From Pseudogymnoascus verrucosus (Eukaryota): DNA of 64,000 bases. Under the pieces are notes generated by a model, which was not told the origin of the DNA, searched no databases, and saw nothing but the letters and a program-made list of their open reading frames with translations. Position numbers and translations under genes: made by a program. Positions 1 through 13,039 of the stretch are shown here, one piece after another (positions within the stretch are counted from its first letter, which is position 1; each line of letters begins with the position of its first letter). The stretch is taken from the NCBI GenBank assembly GCA_001662655.1, contig KV460209.1; one strand, given 5' to 3'.

Positions 1-1
1 T

Positions 2-358
2 GAGGCAGCTGTCGAGGACAAGGAGCCATACGAATTTACGCACTACTTAGTTCTCTCCAAGACATATTTAGAGGTCCAGTCCACACTGGATCAGGAGGAT
101 GCACCTAGACAGAAGAAGAAGAAGCAGGTCGGAAAGGAGACCTTCTACTTCCACCCCGAGGATGAGGTTCTCCAGCGCCACGCTGCGGCACACGGAGGCT
201 GGGATTACACGAAGGATGAGGGCGATTCTAAAGCAGACAGCAAGAGAGCCTTCCAGGAGCTGGGGATCAGGCCCCAGGGGCATGCTATTCTAATCGAAGC
301 TGCCAAGTTCGATGGTGCAGTCAAGGCTGTGGGCGAGTACATAGGACTGCAGCAATAA
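2..358 (+). CDS. BCP1: BCP1/BCCIP family protein, 3' end only (5' part lies outside the window)
   Basis: Frame from nt 2 reads [22 protein letters not shown]...[16 protein letters not shown]...[12 protein letters not shown]..., stop TAA 356-358. YxFTHYL and YFHPEDE are Bcp1 motifs. Not in the ORF track because no start codon is in the window. Confidence 0.85.
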   Translation, partial: EAAVEDKEPYEFTHYLVLSKTYLEVQSTLDQEDAPRQKKKKQVGKETFYFHPEDEVLQRHAAAHGGWDYTKDEGDSKADSKRAFQELGIRPQGHAILIEAAKFDGAVKAVGEYIGLQQ

Positions 359-397
359 ATCATGATCCATCTCTTCATTCTATTTTAAATCTGCCAT

Positions 398-1263
398 TTA
401 GCTCTCAATGACATCCGGGCCCTCTAACCTCTGCATCAAGTACTCCACCTCCACGATCTTGGTCAAGGGGATGACGAACTTCTCGTAGATGCTGACGACG
501 GCATCGATATTGATCTTACCCTGGCCTGGCTGTCCTGGGGATCCTAGGCTGGGATCCGTGCCGTATGTCTTCGCTTTCAATGCCAAGCGTGTCAGCACCT
601 GGCGCTCCACGGCGCTGTTCGTGATAGCCTTATCAATTCCTTCTCTGTCCTCTGCCTTGATCAACGCCGTGAATTTCTCCCTCTCCGTCCTGAACTTGGA
701 TTCTGCGACGAACTTCCCGAAGTGTATCCTGCGCGACAGGGATTGCAGGCACGCAATGTCACAGGTAGCCGATGATCCGTAGTTTTCTTGTGCCTCGCCG
801 CGCTCGTCTCTACCAAAGTCTATGCATGCCGCAGGGAGACAGTGGTTGATGTAGCTGTCCTTGATCTTGTCGTTGACATTGACATCATTGGGGTGGAGGA
901 TCTTTGGGTAGTGGAGTGGTGGAAGAATTGGCTCCTCGAGAGCGTCAGGGAAGTATGGGTATTCATCTGGCGACTGGAATCGTCGGATGCGGGACTGCAG
1001 GCGTTCTTGCTCGCGGAGAGTCCAATCGAGTAGGCTCAGATCGCAGTCGGGGATCTTGACCGCGCCAGGGACGTAGATGGTGTTGTTTAGGGGAAACTGG
1101 ACGCGCTCGATTAAATGAAATATGATCGTATCTTCCAGACGGCTGTGATTGTCGGTTAGCTTTGGTCATCAAAGGGGGCGTATGTGGCGTACATCAATTG
1201 GAAGCGGATGTTAGCCAAGTCCAATGCCTTTGAAACATCGGAGAGATCAATGGCGGCGTCCAT
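398..1263 (-). CDS. ARO7: Chorismate mutase (eukaryotic AroQ type), 2 exons
   Basis: [24 protein letters not shown], intron 1192-1143, then [17 protein letters not shown]...[15 protein letters not shown]...[16 protein letters not shown]. Confidence 0.95.
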
Positions 1264-1719
1264 TTTTCTATATGGTGGGACGGATGAATACAATCTATAT
1301 ATGTACCGTGAATTGAGAAGAGAGGGTAACGCAGAAAGGAAAAGGGCGCTGTCCAAATATCACCTTCGAATGGAATAGTAAGCTCACGATGAACAGAGTA
1401 ACAGCGGCAAACTCGCAAAATCACTGTGACTGAACTGAACCCCGCTGTCGGACAGCTGCCGAGTAACTTGGACGGTCTTGGGCGTACTACTGCACTAACT
1501 GTAACATCATAAGCTACCCTGGTTACGATGGCGTCCGGCAAATTCCGCACTACGCATTATCGACGGCCCGACCAAGGTCTCCCTCTGTCATAACAAGGCA
1601 CGTGGATAGACACCAATGTCAACAAATCCTTGCTACGTAACTCCCAGCATTCAAAGCCCGAGTTTGAATTGCTGCACCTGAAGCGCTGCGCGACCCAGGC
1701 AGGCCTGGGAGCAGAAACA

Positions 1720-3870
1720 ATGGCTCGCCCCGACAGCCGGGATAGCGGTGGCCCTTCGGACTTCTTCAGAGCAGGGCCAGCCGATGATGAATCCGCTCTA
1801 ATCTCGGTATGAATGTTGGAACAACTCGATATAAGTACGATTCTAACATATGTATAGACGCGAGGGCTCGAAGCCTTTGGGCGCAAAGTCACAACGACAG
1901 CAAGCCACATGATGGCGCCCTTGACGGACTCCTCGGGCGGCCACTATCAAACCGCAATGGCCGATTTGCACAAGCAGTTGCGCCAGCCGAGCCTGCAGCG
2001 CAGCGTCTTTTCCTTTGCGAAGACGAGTCCAACGGATATGGTGCGCTCGAGCCTCTCTAGGACCGAAATCCAGAACAGAGCCTTGACGCATCTATCCGAC
2101 GAGCTGCTTGCGAATATTCCCGAGGACGAAAACTCATACTCCCTATTCCAGGGCTTTCAGGCGACGATTCCAGAAGTCAGTGAGAAGAAGCACAAGCATA
2201 GGGTGTCCCGTGGCAGGAAGTTAATCGATGATAATGCCTCGGAGGCTTCGGACGGACCCGCTTCAATGCACAAGCTGAAAAAGGAGAGGCATTCGCTGAA
2301 TCACCGGTTCGAGATGCTAGGTGTTCGCAAGAACATGGCCAGCTGCGAGATAAGGGAGATAGACAACAAGATTGCGAATCTCACTAGCATGAGGAGGATA
2401 GTGCTAGACAGACTAGCGGGTTTAGAGCAAGACGAAGCATTGTTAGAGCACGACATTTTGGACGTTGAAAATCGCATTGAAGATGCCCAAGAACAGTTAG
2501 ATATTGCCGGCGAGCAAGAGCAAATGACACCAACAAAGAGCGAGGCAGACGACCAAGAAGGCAACCCCGATAGACTCGAGGCAGACTCATCCTTCATGTC
2601 GCAATCCATATACGAGAAACTTCCCTCCGCAGACTCAACACCCTCAAAAGCAAAGCCCAAGCGCCACAAGACCATCCGCAGGAAATCCATGCCCATCCTC
2701 CACGAACACTTCGAACCGGGCTCCAAAATCCGCGAACTCCAAGCCCACGACGATCACATCACAGCCCTCGACTTCGACGTCCCCTTCGGCACCATGGTAA
2801 CCGCCGCCCTCGACGACACAGTCCGCGTCTGGGACCTCAACGCAGGCCGCTGCATGGGCTTCCTGGAAGGCCATACCGCATCCGTCCGCGCAATCCAGGT
2901 TGAAGACAACATTGCCGCCACCGGCTCTATGGACGCCACGGTCCGCCTCTGGGATCTCAGCCGCGCGCAATACGAGCCCCAACTCGATAACCGCATTAAC
3001 AAAGACTCCGATTTCGACGTCGAGGACGACGAAGACGAGCCCGCCTTCGACATCCCCGCAGCCGCTCCTCCTGCTCCCCCAGCGGGTAGCATGGCCGATT
3101 GCCCCCTCTTCACCCTCGAAGCCCACGTGGACGAAGTAACCGCCCTCTATTTCAAAGGCGACACCCTAATCTCCGGCTCCGCCGACAAGACCCTCCGACA
3201 ATGGGACCTCGAAAAGGGCCGCTGCGTGCAGACCCTCGACGTCATGTGGGCCGCCGCGCAGGCATCCGCGACGATGGGATCGAGCGAAGGGACGTGGCGC
3301 CAGACGGGTGGGCGGACGTCAGATGAGAAAGCGGATTTCGTGGGGGCGCTGCAGGTTTTTGATGCTGCGCTCGCGTGTGGAACGGCCGATGGGATGGTGA
3401 GGCTTTGGGATTTGAGGAGTGGACAGGTGCATAGGAGTTTGGTGGGGCATACGGGCCCGGTAACGAGTTTGCAGTTTGATGATGTGCATTTGGTTACGGG
3501 GAGTTTGGATAGGAGTATTCGCGTAAGTTTCCCCCCGTCTTGTCCCTGTTGTGGTTTGTTCCTTTAGAGCGAATATTAACGTGTATCCCAGATCTGGGAC
3601 CTCCGCACAGGATCCATCTTCGACGCCTACGCCTACGACCACCCCATCACAAGCATGATGTTCGATTCCCGCCGCATCGTCTCCGCAGCCGGCGAGGACG
3701 TAGTTAAAGTATACGACAAGGTAGATGGCCGACACTGGGACTGTGGCGCTGGCCCCACGGGCGCAGGCGAGGCGGGCAAGGCGGCGAGTATTGTGGAGAG
3801 GGTGAGGATTAAGGATGGGTACCTTACTGAGGGACGGAAGGACGGGGTGGTGGGTATTTGGACTTGTTAA
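1720..3870 (+). CDS. MDV1: Mitochondrial division protein Mdv1/Caf4 (coiled coil + WD40 repeats)
   Basis: ATG 1720; introns ~1807-1858 and 3523-3591. YSLFQGF motif, coiled coil, and WD40 repeats ([42 protein letters not shown]). Confidence 0.92.
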
Positions 3871-4830
3871 TGATGCTTTTTTTTGGGAGACTTTCGCGTT
3901 GGGGGGAAAGGGGGGAAGGGGGGTGGGGGGAGGCTTGTATCATAAACTAGAGTACAAACGAACAGTGGTGTAGATGTAGGATACATAACAGGATTTAATG
4001 GCACAAACAATAACGTCATTATGAATCTCAGTTTTCAAAAAATCTGCTTCTTTTGTTTTGCTATCGATTGATTGATGTATTTGAGTCTTTCTAATGATAT
4101 CCGCCACGGGGGGTAAGACAAACCCAACCCCACCCCGCCACGGACGACAAGCGCGTTGTATGTTCATATAGACTTTCTCCATGTGCACAAATCCCTAAAT
4201 ATATCTATATACCAGCAGCAGCCGTAAACGTCATTTTTAGTAGTTGCTTTTTTGTGCAGCAGCTGAGCCATAAGAACTTCGTCGGTAAGGTAAAACATGA
4301 ACAAAGGCCAACCCCGGCCCACTTCCGTTTTCGTTTTCCCTTTTACAATAGTTTTCTCTCGCCCCCTTTTTTTCAATCAGATTGTTCATCAGATGCGACT
4401 CGCTCACCCAAGCTTCATCTAACCCCACCGCCTGACCCTTATAAAAAAAAGGTTGTAAGAATAAATACTTTCTTAACCCCCCCGTCCCCGGCCCCCGCCC
4501 GACCCCTATTTCTCAAGAAAACAAATCCCGTCCTGTGTGGCCCGCACATTTTGTATGAGAAAATGATATGGAGCTTTGTATGCCGCTAGCAAAAATAAAA
4601 TCGGAGAGAAAAAAGAAGAACAACAAAAAAAAACTTTGAAAATTCGCAGATGCAGGAAAAGTAGAGAAGTGGCGCCAGTTTGCCTAGCCCAGTGGTATGC
4701 CACTAAGTAATAAAAGCCGTGGGGCCGATTTACTGGTTCCACTACAGCCAGTAGAAGTGCGCAGTAACCACTCTCTATTGGAAGCGAAGCCGTTGATAAA
4801 TATAACTCCTTCCAAGTTTATTGACATCGA

Positions 4831-7459
4831 TTAGACGAGCAGGTCAACGTCGAGCCCGATTGAGCGCATGAAAAGGTTGACATTGGCCAGGCGTTGGCTA
4901 GACATGGCGGGCGGGAGCGTCTTGGCGAGGTTGACGGTCTCCATGACGCGGTCCTTGACGGCCATGACGAGGCGCTGTTGCTGCTCTGGGCTGGCTCCGA
5001 CGCCCATCGCTGCGAGGAACTGCCAAACGTACACGTCTTCGCCGGTGTTCACGGTTCCGGGGAAGATGTATGGAAGAGTGGGTTCGATAACGTCGAAGAA
5101 AGAGTTGTAGGTAGAGAGCCTGTATGTGTTAGCTGAGGTTTTTATAAATAAGGTCTATTTCGAACATACCAGTGGTTCCACTCTTGGTCGTCGACAGTGG
5201 TGGCCTGCTTAATAAGCTCAGCGCGACTGAGAAGCATAGTCAACATGCTGACACCAATGCGAGTACGAGCATCAATCTCGATGTTAGTCTTAGCCATAAT
5301 CAAGGCAAGCAGAGCATCAACAATATCCAAGCCAGCCTCGTTCAAGAATCCAAACAGACTCGGCATAACCGCCAGAGAGAAAAGCTCGATGTTCTCGCGA
5401 ATCTGCGAGGTGAGTTGCGTCTCGCCCGGTGCAAGCAAAGCCTGGCGAACAACATCCAGCTGATCCAAATGTACAACAATCATGGTTAAAATCGTAGTGC
5501 GCTGCTGCTGCGTGATGTGTCTGAAGACTCGTGGGATGGCCTTCTTGCCCTTGCTGAAAGATAAAAATGCGATAAAAGGATGGGTAGCGGTTGCACCAAT
5601 GGGCTCGTGAACCTTGAGGTCCTGCCAGAGTTTGTTGTTGAGTTTCTGCGTCTTCTCCTGCCAGTCCATGTGGAGGCCAACGAGTGCTGGGTCGACATCC
5701 TCAGTCAATGGTGGTGGAAGGTGGCGATCGTGATCCTCCATTTGCATCAAGGTGTTGTACACGTTCTCGATATCGCGCAAAACAGTCTTGCGGTCACTGC
5801 TGCTAACCACCTTTTGGCGATGCTCGTTCTCGTTACGCTTGATGTTGAGCAACGGCTTTGGTGTCTTGGAGTTGCTGAACGAAATCTTGCCCAAGCTTCC
5901 CTCGATAACGAGCTGCTTGTTCTTGGGCTTGTTCTTCGCTGCCTCAACGGCACGCTGGACCTGCTGCTCCATGCGCTGCATGTGGTTGTCTCCGCTACGC
6001 GCCTGCCTCCTCATGCCACCATGTCTGCCACCGGTCTGGAAGAGGTAAGTCTGAGCAAAGTTGGTCAGAGGCTGGTTAGGGTGCTGCCTGGGTCCTCCAC
6101 GGATTTGGTTGTGAACTTGGTAATAGAAATCTTCAGATAGGGAGTTGTCGGTGCCCTGCTCGTTGGGGTTACCAGTGGCAGTGACGAGCTGTTGCAATTG
6201 GATTCTGGTGATGAAATTCTTGTCCTGTGGAGTCATGAGACCATTGTCCTTGGACAAAAGGAAAATCTTGTGGTTGCGCTTCGCACGTTTCGCGTCTTCC
6301 ATCAAGTAAGCCGCACGCTCCTCCTCATTAAGGTGAGATAATTGATGCGGGTGCGTAATGATACCAGAGTTGTTGTGGCGATGGCCGGGTCCGCTAGGTG
6401 GTCCTGGGCTCGGGCCTTGTCCTGGTCGTCCAGCTGATTGAGCTTGAGCTTGTCGCTGTTGTTCACCAGAAAGGCGGTTCGGGTTCTGGAGGATCTGAAT
6501 CGGCGGAGCTTGCGCTTGCGATGTGGCGGTGACTGCCTGGGCCGATGGCGCCTGAGTTCTATGCAGGATCTGGACAGGCTGGTGTGCGTGAATTTGTTGG
6601 GGTTGTCTGTCCTGAGGTTCATAGTACTGGCCATTCATAGGGCGTGGTGGCCCTTGCATTTGCTGGCCGGCATGTTGGGGGAATTGCTGAACATGCTGGG
6701 GAAACTGCTGAGGCTCTGGGTACTGCTGATATTGTTGCTGGTGCTGGAACTGGCCCTGTGCGAACTGCGCATCAGGGTGCTGGGGCTGCTGTTGTTGCTG
6801 CGGAGCAGGTGCGGTCGGTTTCTTGGCTTGCGCTCGCATTGCGGCTTCGACCTCTTCCACGCTCATCATTTTGCGAGCAGCCGATGCAGCTGGCGGTTGC
6901 GAAGGCAAAGCTTGTGCAGCAGGTACTGTCTTCGAGCTGGTGCCCCAAAGGTCGGCATCAGCCTGCAGATCGGGAACATAGTCGAGGTCCTTGTATTTTT
7001 CGTAGCCGCTTCTTGCTGGTTGAGTGTACGTGTGGGATGACTGTGCAGTTGTCACGGCAGCTGTATGTCTGGACGCAGGCTGCTGGCGAGTGAAGCGCAT
7101 CTGCTCCTCACTGATCGCGTTTGACACCTTTGCTGTCTGGCCGAAGAAGTCGAAGTCTTTTCCAACGGCTTTCTTGGCCGTGGTATCTTCGCCACCGAAG
7201 GTGTCGTCGTTGAAGACATCGTCGGTCTCGTCTAGCTGGTCCCCAAGGCCATCGTAGGTATCTTCGAAGTCAAGTCTAAGCAGGTTCAATGTCAGTCCAT
7301 GAAGCACAGTCCATAGTAGCAGTCCACATACGCGTCGTCGTCGTCGGCACCCGCGTACGACAGGCCTGCGAATGGATCGGGTGTTTGTCCAAATCCTGGA
7401 GCTTTCGCGCCCTGATCGCGGTCCCTTGGAAGGGCCGAGTCAAAGCCAAAGAATGACAT
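4831..7459 (-). CDS. PAT1: mRNA decapping activator / topoisomerase II-associated protein Pat1
   Basis: Starts MSFFGFDS; introns ~7331-7280 and ~5169-5120. Motifs FNDDTFG, GLMTPQDKNFITRIQLQQL, EDFYYQV; C-terminus LFMRSIGLD. Confidence 0.93.
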
Positions 7460-8433
7460 GCTTATTCGATCCTATCGCTGCCAGCTACCATCCGTTGGTG
7501 GGCCTGTATCTGCTACTTCCGGTATGATTTCTGGTGGGGGGGAAGGTTGAGGGTCTGAGAATTCTTATGATTAGCTCCAGATCGAAAAGGCGCGTTGGGT
7601 GTAGCTGGCCCTAAACGTGACCTGACGGGAAGAAAACAACATACCGTGTAGATCAGTCTCAATGCGGCCAGATACCAGGTATCGTGCTGGGTGCTTGTCT
7701 TGAAGCTGTTGTCTTGGAAGCTGCGGTATACAGTTTACGACGTGTACGTTTCCAGAAGGGTTGATTGATGGTCGTCGTTCGTTTAGTACAAAATCTGCCC
7801 CACGTTGTTCAGGTACGTACTATCGGCATTGACGCTAGGATCCCTATGTGCCTACGAAAGTACGAAAGTGCTCTAACAAATAGTAGAACAGTCTAACAAA
7901 TAGAACAGCAGTCGTCACTTCACTGTTGATCTTTTGGTGGGGACTGAGGGGGGCTGAAGGTACATAGTCACGTGAGTATTTCAATATTGGCAAGGAGAAT
8001 GCTGTTCGCGGAATACTCTACTATTGTAGTCGTATGATGCCCAAAACTGAATTTAATGTGCGATTGAACATATATAATCTATATTCAATGTATCTACAAT
8101 ATCTAAAGCCACCTGATTTATTGTCTTGGTGATTTTTACATGTGTTCGCATTGGAGTACGTCTGGGCCACGTACACGCCTCGTATTTGATCAAAGTACCT
8201 TGCTTCATTCACTAGACCGGCCTAGCCCATGTTTGCGCTGCTACTATACTTGTGGCTTGTCCTCGTAAACCATTTGTCGCCATTACACTTCGACTCTTCC
8301 CCTTTAACCTGTTCAAACTCTGAGGAAAAATCATTTCTGTCGCTCTCCTTTGCGGCAGTCTCAGTAGTCTCAGGAACAGCGTTGGCGATTGGCGATTGGC
8401 GATTCATCTCTCCTGGTCAAGAGCACCCCCTCG

Positions 8434-9869
8434 ATGACGGACGTGCCCGTGCAGGAGAAATCGGAATTACCACCACCACCATACACTGCCCCTCGGCCTC
8501 CTAATTCCAAGAGCATTTTCAAGATGGCTGCCGGCCATGCGAGATACTTCAGATACATTCTGTTCGCCTTCTTTGTGTGTTACCCCAGAACTGGTGCGCT
8601 GCTGCATTTATGCTGTAACTAACATATTTGTCTAGGGCCTAGCAGTTATCTACTTCATCTCGTCATCGTCAAACGCAACACAGCGCCTTCCAACCGCACA
8701 AGAAATTCTACGACAAGGAAAGGACTGGGCAAACTCCCACTCTGATAATGGCAATACTAAGCCTGCAGAGGCTGTCAGTTCGGAACCTACGTCTCCAAAT
8801 ACGCCAAATGGCTTTCCTCCCGCATCGAGCACCGAGCCGCGAATGAACGCTACGTTCGTTACACTCGCGCGCAACAGTGACCTCTGGGAGATTGCACGCT
8901 CCATCCGCCAAGTCGAGGACCGCTTCAACAGAAAGTTCCACTACGACTGGGTTTTCCTGAACGATGCTCCCTTCAACGACGAATTCAAGAAGCTCACCAC
9001 CGCCCTGGTTTCCGGCACCGCGCACTATGGAGAGATTGCCAAGGAACACTGGTCGTTCCCTCCACACATTGACCAGGACAAGGCCCGCAAGGTCCGCGAG
9101 GACATGGCGGAGCGCAAGATCATCTACGGCGACTCGATCAGCTACAGGCACATGTGCCGCTTCGAGTCGGGCTTCTTCTTCCAGCAGCCGCTTATGCTGA
9201 ACTACGAGTGGTACTGGCGCGTGGAGCCAAGCATTGAGCTGTTCTGCGACATCAACTACGATGCGTTCAAGTTCATGGCTGACAATGGCAAGAAATACTC
9301 CTTTGTGCTCAGCTTGTACGAGTACGTCGAGACGATCCCAACTCTCTGGACCAGCGTCAAGAAGTTCATGAAGAACCACCCTGAGCACATCGTGGAGGGT
9401 AACTCCATGGGTTATCTCAGTGAGGATGGAGGAGAGACCTATAACAACTGCCACATGTGGTCCAACTTTGAGATCGGCAACCTGAACTGGTTGAGATCCA
9501 AGGCTTATACCGATTACTTCAACGCCCTGGATCAGGATGGAGGTTTCTTCTACGAGAGATGGGGTGATGCGCCGGTTCACTCCATTGCAGCTTCTCTCAT
9601 GCTCAAGAAGGAGGAAATCCATTTCTTCAACGATATCGCATACTACCACGTGCCATTCACTCACTGCCCCACTGGAGAGCAGACGAGATTGGACCTTAAG
9701 TGCCACTGCAACCCCAAGGACAACTTTGACTGGAAGGGATATTCTTGTAAGTCTAACAACCCGTCCACTGACACTATTTACGTGTACTGATCATTTCGCA
9801 GGCACATCTAAATTCTTCGAGGTTAACGGAATCGCTAAGCCAGAGGGCTACGAGAAGGAAATGGATTAA
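8434..9869 (+). CDS. KTR1: Alpha-1,2-mannosyltransferase, GT15 KRE2/MNT1/KTR1 family; alternative start at 8524
   Basis: N-terminal TM segment (RYILFAFF...), [27 protein letters not shown]-like [22 protein letters not shown]. Introns ~8576-8635 and ~9746-9801. Exact orthologue within the family is uncertain. Confidence 0.9.
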
Positions 9870-10273
9870 GTCACTGACGCCTTTAATTTAAAGCGTTTGT
9901 GTAATGTAATTCATACATTCTCAAACTGGGGTAGTGGGGCGGAGATAGGGAGATGTAGGAACGACCTGGCGTTTTTGGATGGGAACTGGTTAAAGGGGGC
10001 AGCAGTAACTTCACTTGTATAGATAAAGGGGCATCATCTTCGATGTCGAACGCATTGGATTTTGAATTTGGGAGCACAAATTATCAGATCGGAATTCAGG
10101 AAATAAATGTTATCCTTGTTTTTAACTCACACAATTCTTCCATTTTGACCATGTAGAGTCAGTCTTAGATATGATAGTTGTACATTTCCCTCTCTCTAAC
10201 GCCTACAATGTATTGGATACAGTTATTCGCACATTTATCTTCCTCCGCCCCTTGTCATCCGACCTACACCTCC

Positions 10274-10958
10274 TTATTCTGCAGCCACCTTCTTCGGCTT
10301 CTTCGTCCCATACTTCGAACGGCTCGTAACTCTGTTTCCAACACCACTCTATCACGTTGTTAGCATTATCCAAACTACCTCCGTCCTCCACTCTCCCCCT
10401 CTCCCCCATACCAGAACAGAACGAGATAAACTCACCAAATCCAAAGCCCCCCTAACCAAATGATACCTCACACCCGGACAATCCTGCGACCGGCCCCCCC
10501 TAACCAACACCACGGAATGCTGCTGCACATTATGTCCCTCTCCCTGAATATAGCAATTGACCACTCTCCCTGTGCTCAACCTCACCCTCGCCGTCTTCCG
10601 CTCCGCCGAATTGGGCTTCTTGGGCTTCGTCACGCCGACTTTGAGGCACACGCCTTTGAGTTCGGGCGCGCAGACGGTGGAGAGCGCGGGGGAGGTTTGT
10701 TTGCGTGCGCGTTGGGGTTTGCGGCATCCCTGTTGCGGTTGGTTAGTCAGTTGGCTAGGATCAGAGAAGAGGTGAGGTGGTAATGGAGAGCGCAGAGGAG
10801 CGTACCTTAGCAACTTGGTTCAAAGTCGTCAAGACAGTAGGAGTGCTACTGAACGCCCTCGCCGCCGGGGTAATCTTCGAAATCAAAGGCGCAGCCATTG
10901 GCACGGCCGGCCTCCATACAGCCGGCGTGAGGAAGCGTCGCAGTATCGTGGCGCGCAT
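10274..10958 (-). CDS. MRPS12: Mitochondrial ribosomal protein S12 (uS12m), 3 exons
   Basis: Arg-rich presequence [10 protein letters not shown]...; [55 protein letters not shown]; last exon ...[10 protein letters not shown]. Confidence 0.93.
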
Positions 10959-11654
10959 TGTGTGGGATGGGGGAGTTGCGGTCTGACGGCCTCTCTTGAG
11001 GCTCTACGGACTTTTTGGTCGTATACTACGAACGTCCTTTAGATTTAGCGTCGAATTGGAATTCGATGTCACGTGGTGCGGATGAACGTTTCGGCGCGCG
11101 CAGGGGCCATGGGATTGAGGTGGAAGGAGGGTGATTAGGTAAGCACGGTTAGTGGCGGGTAGGTTGCAAACGGCCTGCCTCGGACTTACCGTGTCAGGGT
11201 ACTTGAGGTACCGTGGTATATTTGCGGATTGGCTCTTCTAAGAAGGCGCTTTGGGGGGGGTTTCTTTACTTACTCGAGTACGCTGAGGGGAAAGCCGCGC
11301 CTTATTGGGGAATCGTAAAGCGGCGCATACAGAACTAGAAAGTTCAAAGCTCCGGTGCCGCGTATTGCCATGGGCCGCCGACCTCCAAGACCGAGGCAAA
11401 GTCCCGTAGTAGTCAAGCGCGGGACAGAGGATGGTTCCCCAATGACCCAATAAACAGCGTCTGTCCCTCTTACACGTGAAGCTGCCACAACCCGTTCCCT
11501 TCCTAAGACGCTGATAATTCTCCAAGCAGGGATAACGTGCCCTGTAGCTCTCTCCAACTTTTCTTTTTCTCCTCCTTTTCTCCAATTCCTGCTATTGTGC
11601 TGCCTACTTCCCCAATATACGAGTGTGTGACTTCTTTGGTCCTTATCTGCAAGA

Positions 11655-13039
11655 ATGGCTTCGATAGCAAGGGTTTTGAGACCGGCGGCGGCCAGAGCGG
11701 CGGTGGTTGCGAGGCCGATGGTTAGGACTCCGGCGGCGGCTAGAGTTGCACAGGCGTAAGATATTTCCAGTGCTTGCAGAGTTGTTCTATTATAGTCCAT
11801 ACTAATTAATACCATAGGACGAGGACCCTGTCCACCACCCAGCCCCGACGAAATGAAGCCATCGACATCACCGACATCCCGCCAACGCCCATTACCCACA
11901 TGTCCGACATCGAGGCCTCCATGCAAGAAGCCGTCTCCAAATTCGCCGCCGACGTTATCGGGCCCAAGGTCCGCGAGATGGACGAGGCCGAGACAATGGA
12001 CCCCGCTGTTGTCGAGCAGCTCTTCGAGCAAGGGTTGATGGGCATTGAGATCCCCGAGGAATACGGCGGTGCGGGCATGAACTTCACGGCGGCGATTGTT
12101 GCTATTGAGGAGCTGGCGCGTGTGGATCCTAGTGTCAGCGTCATGGTGGATGTGCACAATACGTTGGTTAACACTGCGGTTATCAAGTATGCGAGCAAGG
12201 AGCTGAAGGAGAAGTTCTTGCCTAAGCTGGCTACGGGGACGGTGGGCTCTTTCTGTCTGTCTGAGCCGGTCTCGGGGTCGGATGCGTTCGCGCTGGCTAC
12301 TAAGGCTACGAAGACTTCGTCGGGTTACACGATTTCGGGATCGAAGATGTGGATCACCAACTCTATGGAGGCGGACTTCTTTATCGTCTTCGCCAACTTG
12401 GATCCAAGCAAGGGATACAAGGGTATCACTGCCTTCATTGTCGAGAAGAACATGAAGGGCTTCTCCGTCGCCAAGAAGGAGAAGAAGCTTGGTATCAGAG
12501 CCAGCAGCACATGTGTGCTTAACTTTGACGATGTTGAGATCCCAGCCGAGAACCTGCTCGGCCAAGAGGGACAGGGTTACAAGTACGCCATCAGCCTGCT
12601 CAACGAGGGCCGCATTGGTATCGCCGCCCAGATGACCGGTTTGGCCCTCGGAGCCTTCGAGAACGCCGCTAGGTACGTCTACAACGACAGGAAGCAGTTC
12701 GGACAGCTCGTTGGAGAGTTCCAGGGCATGCAGCACCAGATGGGCCAGTCTTGGACCGAGATTGCCGCCGCTCGCGCATTGGTTTACAACGCTGCCAGGA
12801 AGAAGGAGGCGGGTGAGGACTTTGTTCAGGATGCTGCTATGGCGAAGCTGTACGCTTCGCAGGTGGCTGGCCGTGTTAGCGGTCTTGCGGTTGAGTGGAT
12901 GGGTGGGATGGGATTCGTTCGTGAGGGACCTGCTGAGAAGTTCTTCAGGGATAGCAAGATTGGAGCTATCTACGAGGGAACTTCCAACATCCAGCTCCAG
13001 ACTATTGCTAAGATGCTGCAGAAGCAGTACACTGCATAG
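11655..13039 (+). CDS. ACADSB: Short/branched-chain acyl-CoA dehydrogenase, mitochondrial
   Basis: Presequence exon MASIARVLRPAA..., intron ~11756-11817. FCLSEPVSGSDA, GSKMWITNS, LNEGRIGIAAQ, RDSKIGAIYEGTSNIQ. Confidence 0.92.

Noticed and set aside
8708..9706. 332-aa antisense ORF over the mannosyltransferase
   Set aside because: Same antisense shadow-ORF effect.
11270..12736. 488-aa antisense ORF over the acyl-CoA dehydrogenase
   Set aside because: Codon-mirror artefact of strong codon bias in the sense gene; no recognisable motifs.
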